A stretch of DNA of 30,265 nucleotides, taken from NCBI GenBank assembly GCA_031458695.1, contig JAVKJW010000025.1, positions 1 through 30,265 of the forward strand, written 5' to 3'. Made by a program: the position numbers and the translations under genes. Below are positions 1-7,789 of the stretch, piece by piece. Source of the stretch: Candidatus Thermofontivivens primus (lineage in GTDB: Bacteria; Sysuimicrobiota; Sysuimicrobiia; Sysuimicrobiales; Thermofontiviventaceae). A model generated the notes under the pieces. It saw nothing but the letters and a program-made list of their open reading frames with translations, was not told the origin of the DNA and did no database searches. Each line of letters opens with the position of its first letter. Positions within the stretch are counted from its first letter, which is position 1.

Positions 1-2
1 GA

Positions 3-350
3 GCTGTGGCGGTCATGGCGCAGGGGACCAGGGAAGTGGAGCAAGGGGTTACGGTGGTGGAGGAGACGGGGAGCGCCTTTGAGAGCATCCGCAAGGCGGT
101 GGTGCAGATCTCCGGGCAGACCCAGGGGGTGAGTGCAGCCACCGAGCAGCTCAGCAGCGGCACGAGCCAGATCGAGGGGGCGGTGGACCAGGTTGTGGCC
201 ACGAGCGAACAGAACGCTGCGAGCGCCCAGGAGGTGAGCGCGGCCACCGAGGAGGTCACTGCCTCCATCACGCAGATCGCCCAGAGCGCCAATAGCCTCG
301 CTGCCTTAGCTCAGGAGCTCCAGGGACTGGTGGCCCAATTCAAGGTGTAG
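3..350 (+). CDS. Methyl-accepting chemotaxis protein, C-terminal fragment (5' truncated)
   Basis: Heptad-patterned MCP tail (SAATEQLS...SEQNAASAQEVSAATEE...LQGLVAQFKV); frame is open from the window edge. Confidence 0.9.
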   Translation, partial: AVAVMAQGTREVEQGVTVVEETGSAFESIRKAVVQISGQTQGVSAATEQLSSGTSQIEGAVDQVVATSEQNAASAQEVSAATEEVTASITQIAQSANSLAALAQELQGLVAQFKV

Positions 351-715
351 GGTAACCCTCCTAACAAGAGGAGCGCGATGTTCCCCCCAACACCGCGTCC
401 CCCTCCTGTTCAACACACACGGCAGGCGCATGGCCTGTCCCTCCTACATCCACCCCAGGGGGGACGCGGTCCTCTCTCCATTTCACTGCGTCCCCCCTTG
501 CAATACGCCTAGGTGTCTGGTTATTTGTCCTCGTCCGTTGGAAATCTATGTTTCAGCAAGGAGAACCCAGAAGGGGGTCGAGTTGCAAAGTGGCTTCTGG
601 GCAAAATTCAAGAGTTCATTCAGAATCTTCTGGAGTAGGAAGTGAAGGACGCAGAGCACGCCGGATGGAGGATATGGCGCCAGATATCCTCGAGATCCTC
701 AATGCTAGAGTAAAC

Positions 716-1192
716 TTACCCATGTACAGGAGCCTCCGTAAGGATTTCCATTTTTGCGCCTGTGGCCTTTATCAAGTCGCGGGGGTCAATCCAGATCTGC
801 AGGCCGCGCACTCCGGCACTGATACTGATGCGCTCATGGTGAAGCGCAGAGGCGTCAATAAATACGGGGTAGTCCCTCCGCGTGCCTAGCGGCGAAACAG
901 CGCCTTTGAGGTACCCAACTAGTCGCATCAACTCTGATGCCTCGACCATCTCCACCCACTTGACACCGGCATGTCGGGCCAGGAGACGCAGGCTTAATTC
1001 GCGGTTTCCAGGCACACACGCCAGCATGACGGTGCCGCGGTCTGATCGAACCACAAGGGTTTTAAAGACCTGTTCCAGAGGAAGGCCAAGCCGCTCAGCG
1101 GCTTCAGCGGCTGTAAAAGTCTTGGCTTCAAACTCCAGCAGCTTGTAGGGGATCCCCAGTGAGTCTAGGACCCGGGTTGCGCGCGTACGCAT
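716..1192 (-). CDS. ybaK: YbaK/EbsC-family Cys-tRNA(Pro) deacylase
   Basis: Motifs VFKTLV, GYLKGAVSPLG, ISISAGVRG; 158 aa is typical. Confidence 0.9.
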   Translation of the reverse strand: MRTRATRVLDSLGIPYKLLEFEAKTFTAAEAAERLGLPLEQVFKTLVVRSDRGTVMLACVPGNRELSLRLLARHAGVKWVEMVEASELMRLVGYLKGAVSPLGTRRDYPVFIDASALHHERISISAGVRGLQIWIDPRDLIKATGAKMEILTEAPVHG

Positions 1193-1481
1193 CGTGAGCT
1201 ACCGAATTCGGCGCGGCATACGAGCTATCCTGCGCATTGGCCTCCCATGAGCACAGGCGCAGGGGTTGTGGGTATCCGAGAAGGCGATGGCATCAAGGAG
1301 GATCGGGAAATTCCCCAGGAATCGGAGAATTTTAAGTACAGAGGACCGCTCCTCCTGAGTCTCCGGCGAAAGTAGATACGCACCTCTCGGAAACACAAGA
1401 GAAATGCAAAATGGGGTTCTCAGGGTTGCCACGGGGGATCTGCAGGATGGCGAAAATCCTTTCAGGGTGCCTCCTCCGGCT

Positions 1482-1556
1482 TGGTGGAGGCGAGGGGACT
1501 CGAACCCCTGACCCCCTGCGTGCAAAGCAGGTGCTCTCCCGCTGAGCTACGCCCCC
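1482..1556 (-). tRNA. tRNA-Ala(TGC)
   Basis: Acceptor stem GGGGGCG/CGCCTCC with G3:U70, anticodon arm CCTGC-TT-TGC-AC-GCAGG, GGTTCGA T-loop, encoded CCA. Confidence 0.97.
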
Positions 1557-1579
1557 ACTTGGAAGGTTCCCGCCGCACC

Positions 1580-1608
1580 ATTATAGGGAATAGGAAGCGA
1601 ACTTGCAA
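1580..1608 (-). promoter_or_regulatory. Sigma70-type promoter of tRNA-Ala
   Basis: TTGCAA-17 nt-TATAAT just upstream of the tRNA. Confidence 0.75.
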
Positions 1609-1647
1609 ACGCCTCAGCTACCGTTGGCTCTCGATCCTCAAGAAACC

Positions 1648-2073
1648 CTATTTCCGCCGAGTTCGCCCCCGTCCCGAGGTGGCCTTTTTGCGACGCTCCG
1701 GTTTCGTCACTTCCCCCGCAGGATCGGCTGCCGGTGCGGAAGGGGTACTAGCAGGGGCCACCGCACCTGGTTCCGGGGTGGAGAGGATCCGCCCGCTGAA
1801 ATACACGGATTCACAAGAGATGTCCGCACTCCGCAGGAGCTTCCGCACGACCTCCTCCGCCTCTTCCTTCGATCCAGCCCCCACGGCAAACTCGGTCAGA
1901 AGGGCATACCGGCCATGCCGGACCACCGCAGGTTGGCGAACAGTCACGTTCCTGATCGATGGTTCCTGTGCCCTGGCGGTGGCCAACCGTTGCTCGATCT
2001 CCTTGATGTCTCCCGCAGTGGGCAATGTCTGGAGAAGGCATTCCGCAATGATGAGGAAGGCCCGATCTGCCAT
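1648..2073 (-). CDS. Hypothetical protein (possible ferredoxin-like fold plus Pro/Ala linker and basic tail)
   Basis: GGAGGTG RBS before ATG; protein-like alpha/beta pattern; fills the gap between tRNA-Ala and queF. Confidence 0.7.
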   Translation of the reverse strand: MADRAFLIIAECLLQTLPTAGDIKEIEQRLATARAQEPSIRNVTVRQPAVVRHGRYALLTEFAVGAGSKEEAEEVVRKLLRSADISCESVYFSGRILSTPEPGAVAPASTPSAPAADPAGEVTKPERRKKATSGRGRTRRK

Positions 2074-2253
2074 TGTCCCACCTCCATCTGGGATCGAAGG
2101 GTACCCCCTTTGATTGTACCGGTTTTCCTAGAACTGCGGTAGAATGGAATATAGCTGGGTCGGAGGGGAGCTCGCGAAATTCCATGACAAAATTTTGCTG
2201 ACGACGCCGGATTTCTGTATCCGTGAAGGATCCCAGGGATGGGGGGAGAAAGG

Positions 2254-2682
2254 ATGACGCTCGCGGAAAGCAAGACTGGGCTGGAGGAAACGAAGCCTCA
2301 GGAACGGCGTTACGATATTCAGGGTCCAGAAACAATTGACGCCGGCCGGTTGGAGACCTTCCCTTACGAGTATGTGGGTCGGGACATCGTCGTGGAAATC
2401 GAAACCGATGAGTTCACAGCGGTGTGCCCCTGGTCTGGCCTCCCGGACTTCGGCCGTCTCAAGGTACGGTACCTCCCCAAGGAGAAGATCCTGGAACTCA
2501 AGTCCCTGAAGTACTACCTCCACTCCTACCGTAATGTGGGGATTTACCAGGAACATGCCGCAAACCGCATCCTGGAGGATCTTGTGCGCGTGACTGAGCC
2601 CAAGTGGATGGAGATAGAGCTGGACTACAACATCCGCGGGGGGATCCATACCGTCGTGCGGGCCCGATGGCCACAGGACTAA
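2254..2682 (+). CDS. queF: NADPH-dependent preQ0 reductase QueF (unimodular)
   Basis: EFTAVCPWSGLPDF (catalytic Cys/Asp), ELKSLKYY QueF motif, RGGI; purine-rich RBS before ATG 2254 (in-frame ATG at 2239 is an alternative). Confidence 0.95.
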   Translation: MTLAESKTGLEETKPQERRYDIQGPETIDAGRLETFPYEYVGRDIVVEIETDEFTAVCPWSGLPDFGRLKVRYLPKEKILELKSLKYYLHSYRNVGIYQEHAANRILEDLVRVTEPKWMEIELDYNIRGGIHTVVRARWPQD

Positions 2683-2787
2683 AGACCCCGACGAGGTCCC
2701 CAGCAAACTCCAGGCAAAAGTTTTCGCCAGGCGAGAGGGGGCCGAAGACCTGGAGGAGAAAAGGCGCCCCTAAAAGGGAGCTGAGGG

Positions 2788-3279
2788 ATGCGAACCACGC
2801 TCCTCAAAATCCTAGAAGTCGCGCTCGTAGCAGGAATCTATGCGGTTCTCACAGTCGCCGTGGCCCCGGCGAGCTATGGGCCTTTGCAGTTCCGTATCTC
2901 CGAGGTACTGAAGTCTCTCGTAATTTGGGAACCCCACCTCGTCGCTGCATTCGTCATGGGGAACTTCCTCAGCAACCTGACAAGCCCCTATGTCGGCCCA
3001 TGGGAGCTCCTGTTCATGCCCTTCGCAAATCTCGTGGGGGCCTCCCTGTGTGCATGGCTGGGGCGGCACAACAAGTGGTTCGGCGCGGCGGTGTACGCGG
3101 TGATCATTGCCGCGGCAGTAAGCCTGATGCTCTCGGTGATCCTGAACTTGCCCTTTGCCGGTCTCTTTCCGCCATTGCTGGCCAGCGAAGCGGTGCTCAT
3201 CGTTGGTGGTGTCCCAGTGATGCAGGTTGTCCACCGAGGAATCGTTGCGCTACGTGGGAGATTGGCACCATCGAGGTGA
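2788..3279 (+). CDS. queT: QueT-family queuosine-precursor transporter
   Basis: AGIYAVLT...SYGPLQFRISE motif, GNFLSNLTSPY, about 5 TM helices, adjacent to queF. Confidence 0.88.
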   Translation: MRTTLLKILEVALVAGIYAVLTVAVAPASYGPLQFRISEVLKSLVIWEPHLVAAFVMGNFLSNLTSPYVGPWELLFMPFANLVGASLCAWLGRHNKWFGAAVYAVIIAAAVSLMLSVILNLPFAGLFPPLLASEAVLIVGGVPVMQVVHRGIVALRGRLAPSR

Positions 3280-3283
3280 CCGC

Positions 3284-4009
3284 GTGCGGGTTTCTCTCTT
3301 TGTGACCTGTCTTGTGGATCAGCTCTTCCCCCAGGTAGGGGAAGCCACGGTGGAAGTCTTGCACAGGGTAGGGGTAGAGGTGGACTTCCCAGAAGATCAA
3401 ACGTGCTGTGGTCAACCTGCCTTCAACGATGGGTTCTGGCCACAAGCTAGGGAGGTGGCTAAGCAGTTCCTCAGGGCCTTTTCCAGGAGCGAGGTCATCG
3501 TCGCACCCTCCGGTTCTTGTGTGGCCATGGTCCGAGAGTATTACCCACTCCTGTTCCAGGAGGAACCCAGGCTCTTGGAGCAAGCAAGGGAGTTGGGCGA
3601 ACGCACCTATGAGCTCTCGGAATTCCTCGTGCGGGTGCTTCAGGTCGAGGATGTGGGTGCTTCCCTCCGGAGGAAGGCAACGTACCATGCATCCTGCCAC
3701 GGGCTCCGCGCCTTGGGACTGCGAGAGGAACCCCTTCGCCTCCTCCGGAACGTACGCGGCTTGGAGCTTGTCGACCTGCCAGGTTGGGACGAGTGCTGCG
3801 GATTTGGAGGCGTGTTCTCTGTGAAAATGCCCCACCTCTCTGCAGCGATGCTTGAGGAGAAGATCCGGAATATCGTGAGCACAGGTGCGGAAGTCGTCGT
3901 CGCCACGGATGTCAGTTGCCTCATGCACATCGCCGGGGGACTTCGCAGGAGGAAGCTCCCCATCCAACCGATGCATCTGGCAGAGGTCCTGGCCAGTACA
4001 GCGGGATAA
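3284..4009 (+). CDS. lutA: Lactate utilization protein A (CCG-domain Fe-S protein)
   Basis: GTG start after GAGGTG; VSLFVTCLVD, QTCCGQP, PSGSC, YHASCH, ECCGFGG, DVSCLMHI. Confidence 0.92.
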   Translation: MRVSLFVTCLVDQLFPQVGEATVEVLHRVGVEVDFPEDQTCCGQPAFNDGFWPQAREVAKQFLRAFSRSEVIVAPSGSCVAMVREYYPLLFQEEPRLLEQARELGERTYELSEFLVRVLQVEDVGASLRRKATYHASCHGLRALGLREEPLRLLRNVRGLELVDLPGWDECCGFGGVFSVKMPHLSAAMLEEKIRNIVSTGAEVVVATDVSCLMHIAGGLRRRKLPIQPMHLAEVLASTAG

Positions 4010-4020
4010 GGGAATCCCCC

Positions 4021-5436
4021 ATGCAAACTTCACGCATCGACTTTCGAGTTCACTCTGAGCGGCTTCTCCAAGATCCAGCGCTCCAGAGCGCTCTAAAGCG
4101 GGGAATGCGCCGTTTCCGCTCTTTACGTCAGGATGTCGTCGCAGAAGTTCCGGAGTGGGAGACCCTGCGAGCGCTCGCCCGGGAGATCAAGACCCGCACC
4201 CTCAAGCACCTCTCGTTTTACCTGCGCCTCCTAGAGAAACGCGTGCAGGAGGCTGGTGGTGTGGTCCACTGGGCACAGGATGCTCCTGAAGCGCGCAGGA
4301 TTGTGCTGGACATCGCCCGCCAGGGCGGCGTGCGGTCCATCGTCAAGAGCAAGTCTATGACGACCGAGGAGATCGAACTGAACGTCTTCCTGGAGGCAGA
4401 AGGCATCAAGGTCACAGAGAGCGATCTGGGGGAATTCATCCTCCAGATCTCCCATGATCACCCCTCGCACTTTGTGGTCCCAGTCGTTCACAAGTCCAAA
4501 GAAGAGATCGGCAAGTTGTTCCAGGAAAAACTCGGAGCTCCCGAACTCAAGGAGCCTGAGCAGCTCACGCGCTTCGCCCGCCAGACCCTCAGGGAAAGAT
4601 TCCTCACCGCAGACATGGGTATCAGCGGTGTAAATTTCGCCGTTGCAGAAACGGGCACAATCGTGATCGTGGAAAACGAGGGGAACGCCCGCTTGACCAC
4701 AACCCTCCCCCGCATTCATGTTGCTGTGATGGGGGTGGAGAAGGTAATCCCCACCCTGGAGGACCTCGCCGTGATGCTCAGGATCCTCCCGCGCAGCGCC
4801 ACCGGGCAGCGGATCACAAGTTATATCTCCCTGCTCACAGGTCCGAGGCGGCCCGGTGAGCGTGATGGTCCGGATGAGCTCCACCTGGTGCTCCTCGACA
4901 ACGGGCGGACGCGTATCCTGGCCGACCCGGAGGTGCGGGATGCCCTGTGTTGCATCCGGTGCGGAGCTTGTCTGAACATCTGCCCAGTCTTTGAACGCAC
5001 TGGAGGCCACGCCTACGGCTGGGTCTATTCGGGCCCTATCGGCGCCGTGATCACGCCGCTCTACCGCGGCCTAGAGGTAGCTGGCGAGCTGCCCTTCGCC
5101 AGCAGTCTCTGCGGGGCGTGTGTCGAGGTCTGCCCAGTGAAGATCGATCTTGTCCGCCTCCTCCTGGTGATGCGCAAGCGGGCGGTAAGCGCAGGACAGG
5201 GAGCTGGTCCCCTGGAACGCCTGGGGTTTACCGTCTGGGGGCGAGCCACGAGATCCCCTTTCTTCTATGAGATCCTTGGGAAATTGGGAAGGTTTGCCCT
5301 TCGCCCACTTGCTGTACGGACGCGTCCCCATTGGCTTCCTTTCCCCCTCTCCCAGTGGTTACAGACGCGAGAGATCCCTCCCCTCCCTGGGAAGTCGTTT
5401 CGCGAGAGGTGGCGTAACCTTGGCCAGAGGAGATGA
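4021..5436 (+). CDS. lutB: Lactate utilization protein B (LUD domain plus 4Fe-4S motifs)
   Basis: KSKSMTTEE, ESDLGEFI, ENEGN, RSATGQ, CIRCGACLNICP, SSLCGACVEVCP. Confidence 0.93.
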   Translation: MQTSRIDFRVHSERLLQDPALQSALKRGMRRFRSLRQDVVAEVPEWETLRALAREIKTRTLKHLSFYLRLLEKRVQEAGGVVHWAQDAPEARRIVLDIARQGGVRSIVKSKSMTTEEIELNVFLEAEGIKVTESDLGEFILQISHDHPSHFVVPVVHKSKEEIGKLFQEKLGAPELKEPEQLTRFARQTLRERFLTADMGISGVNFAVAETGTIVIVENEGNARLTTTLPRIHVAVMGVEKVIPTLEDLAVMLRILPRSATGQRITSYISLLTGPRRPGERDGPDELHLVLLDNGRTRILADPEVRDALCCIRCGACLNICPVFERTGGHAYGWVYSGPIGAVITPLYRGLEVAGELPFASSLCGACVEVCPVKIDLVRLLLVMRKRAVSAGQGAGPLERLGFTVWGRATRSPFFYEILGKLGRFALRPLAVRTRPHWLPFPLSQWLQTREIPPLPGKSFRERWRNLGQRR

Positions 5437-6109
5437 GCGCTCACGGGAGACGATCCTCCACAGGATCGAGCAAGCGGTGGGGTCTGCGCCTCCCCCCACG
5501 CTTCGTGTGGGTTCCCCCATCGTGAGGAATTGGGACGTTGAAGATCGGTTCATCCAGGAGTTCTCCCGTGCAGGCGGCGTGGTCTACCGAGCAAGGAGTG
5601 GAGAGGAAGCAAGGAAGGCCCTCCAAGAGATTGTACGAGGGGCCGGGGCCTCACGGGTGGCTCGGTGGGAGTCCCCGCTTCTCGGCCTCCTCCAGGTGGA
5701 TGTGGCTCTCACTGCTGTGGGGCTGGACGTCGTACCCCTTCCTTCCGAAAACCGGGAAGTGTATGGGAAGGAGCTAAACGCAGTTGAGGTGGGGCTCACC
5801 GAGGTGGATTATGCCGTTGCCGAGACCGGGACCCTTGTCCTTTTTGCAGATCCAGTGAGACCCCGGGCAGTCTCCTTGCTTCCGAAGGTGCACGTGGCGA
5901 TCCTTCCTCGCGGAGCACTCGTCTCCACGTTCGAGGAGCTGTTCTCACGGCTTGCCTCTCAAGAGAGCAGGCCCAGCGCCATTACCTTCATCACCGGGCC
6001 CAGCCGGACTGCCGACATTGAGATGACTCCGGTGATGGGGGTCCATGGACCCCAGGCTGTCTATGTCATTCTCCTAGATCTCTCTTTCCTGTCCTTGCAG
6101 GAGCGATGA
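5420..6109 (+). CDS. lutC: Lactate utilization protein C (LUD domain)
   Basis: TTG start after GAGGTGG; AETGTLV, SLLP, ITGPSRTADIE...GVHGP. Confidence 0.9.
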   Translation: MARGDERSRETILHRIEQAVGSAPPPTLRVGSPIVRNWDVEDRFIQEFSRAGGVVYRARSGEEARKALQEIVRGAGASRVARWESPLLGLLQVDVALTAVGLDVVPLPSENREVYGKELNAVEVGLTEVDYAVAETGTLVLFADPVRPRAVSLLPKVHVAILPRGALVSTFEELFSRLASQESRPSAITFITGPSRTADIEMTPVMGVHGPQAVYVILLDLSFLSLQER

Positions 6110-7134
6110 TCGAGATTAACGGTGCAACTGGCGGAGGATCGCTTGTCAGGCTGGCCGTGGGGCTTTCCGCGGCTACAGGGATGCCTGTGCGCATCGTCAA
6201 CATCCGCGGTGCACGCCCCAACCCAGGCCTGCAGGCACAACATGTCGCCGGAGTACAGGTGGTAGCGGAACTGTGTAGTGCGGAGGTGAGGGGCCTCCGC
6301 CTTGGCTCCCGGGAACTAGAGTTTTATCCAGGCCCCATCCGCCGTACCTCTCTCCAAGTGGAGATCTCGACCGCGGGCTCCATCGGGCTCGCTTTGCAGC
6401 CGGTACAGATCGCCTGCCTTTCTGCCACGACCCCCCTCACAGTATCGATCGTGGGAGGCGCGACCTTCGGTCGCTGGGCACCTCCCGTCCCCTTCCTCGC
6501 CATGGTGAACTTCCCGCTCCTCCGGCGCTTTGGGTATCCCGCCCAGATCGACATTGAACGCCACGGGTTCTATCCCGAAGGAGGCGCCAGGGCGAGGGCA
6601 CGATTCTTCCCTCCGCGTATCACAGGGCCCATCGAGCTCTTGGAACGCGGGAACCTCATCAGGATCGGTGGGGTTTCTGTAGCCTCACACCACCTACAAA
6701 GGGCCCAGGTTGCACATAGACAGGCCCGGGCCGCTCAGGAGGTGCTGCGGCCTTTGGGAGTCCCTGTGGAGATCGAGGTGGTCTACGCAGATACGGTGTG
6801 CCCGGGGTCAGGGATTTCGCTATGGGCGGAGTTCGAGGGAACGATCTTGGGAGCAGATGCAATTGGGGAACCCGGCAAGCGATCTGAGGCAGTGGGACGA
6901 GAGGCAGCTGAGGGGTTGCTTGGAGAGATCCACTCACCCGCCACCGTGGACCGGCACATGGCCGACCAACTCATCCCCTTTGTAGGGCTTTTCGGAGGCG
7001 TCTACCGGTTCCGCGAGCTCACCGACCACATGCGAGTAAACATGGACGTCGTTTCTAGGTTCACCGAAAGCACATTTCAGATCGAAGGGGGAGTCCTCCG
7101 CGTTCAGAAACCCTCCTCTCCTGCGCGAGGATAG
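6106..7134 (+). CDS. rtcA: RNA 3'-terminal phosphate cyclase
   Basis: NIRGARPNPGLQAQH, GFYPEGG, VDRHMADQL, TDHMRVN (His nucleophile); ATGA overlap with the lutC stop. Confidence 0.92.
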   Translation: MIEINGATGGGSLVRLAVGLSAATGMPVRIVNIRGARPNPGLQAQHVAGVQVVAELCSAEVRGLRLGSRELEFYPGPIRRTSLQVEISTAGSIGLALQPVQIACLSATTPLTVSIVGGATFGRWAPPVPFLAMVNFPLLRRFGYPAQIDIERHGFYPEGGARARARFFPPRITGPIELLERGNLIRIGGVSVASHHLQRAQVAHRQARAAQEVLRPLGVPVEIEVVYADTVCPGSGISLWAEFEGTILGADAIGEPGKRSEAVGREAAEGLLGEIHSPATVDRHMADQLIPFVGLFGGVYRFRELTDHMRVNMDVVSRFTESTFQIEGGVLRVQKPSSPARG

Positions 7135-7691
7135 CTGAATAGTTCCTCTGGCGAAAACCACAGGGAGATCTCCTTCTCAGCTTCCTCGACATTCCCGGAG
7201 GCATGGACGAGGTTACGGATCGCTCGCTGTTCCAAGTTGGCGACTGTAGGCGAGTCGATGGCGAAATCGCCACGGATAGTCCCCGGCTGGGCAAAGACAG
7301 GGAGTGTGTGCCCGACGATCTTCCGGACGACACTTGTCGCTTGGGTCCCCTCGAGGACAAACGCAACCACGGGGGCACTGGAGACGTAGTCTAGGAGCCA
7401 CCCCCTTACCCGCCGGCCGATCTCGAGGAGATCCTCGGTGCCCATAGAGGCTTTGAGGCTCATCCCATAGGTCTCGAATGCCTCCCTCGTCTTGCTCCCT
7501 AAGGTAACCAGAAACGTTTCATCCTTGGGGTAGTGCCGATCCAAGAACTCTTTAGTGGGCCAGACCATCTTCATCCCCACGATCTTCAAACCGCACCGCT
7601 CAAACCGTGCGATGATCTCGCCAACGAGGCCACGCTGCACACCATCGGGTTTGACGAATACAAGGGTCCGTTCGCGGCGAATTGCTTCCAT
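7104..7691 (-). CDS. ndk: Nucleoside diphosphate kinase, long insertion-containing form
   Basis: ERTLVFVKPDGVQRGLVGEII, PGTIRGDF, NLVHASG; alternative GTG start at 7709 after GGAGG. Confidence 0.93.
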   Translation of the reverse strand: MEAIRRERTLVFVKPDGVQRGLVGEIIARFERCGLKIVGMKMVWPTKEFLDRHYPKDETFLVTLGSKTREAFETYGMSLKASMGTEDLLEIGRRVRGWLLDYVSSAPVVAFVLEGTQATSVVRKIVGHTLPVFAQPGTIRGDFAIDSPTVANLEQRAIRNLVHASGNVEEAEKEISLWFSPEELFSYPRAGEEGF

Positions 7692-7789
7692 GTGAGGATT
7701 CACCCCCACCTTGATCCTCCTTTCGTCATTGGGAGGAACCTGAAAGGACCTCCTGGAGAGGTCTATCGTCACTACATCCGCCACTAGCA

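Noticed and set aside
430..889. Plus-strand ORFs 430-645 and 548-889
   Set aside because: No recognisable motifs or well-spaced RBS; the second runs antisense into ybaK.
1199..1525. 108-aa ORF as a full gene
   Set aside because: It starts inside tRNA-Ala; only its 3' part is noted as a possible remnant.
2155..2236. CTGGGTCG upstream of queF resembles the start of a preQ1-I aptamer
   Set aside because: The complementary CCCAG is about 70 nt away and no A-rich tail follows, so the compact pseudoknot cannot be built.
2700..2760. Glycine- or c-di-GMP-I-like words (AAACTCCAGGCAAAAG, GCCGAAG, GCAAAC) in the queT leader
   Set aside because: Order and core nucleotides do not fit either aptamer and the gene context is wrong; kept only as an unassigned structured leader.
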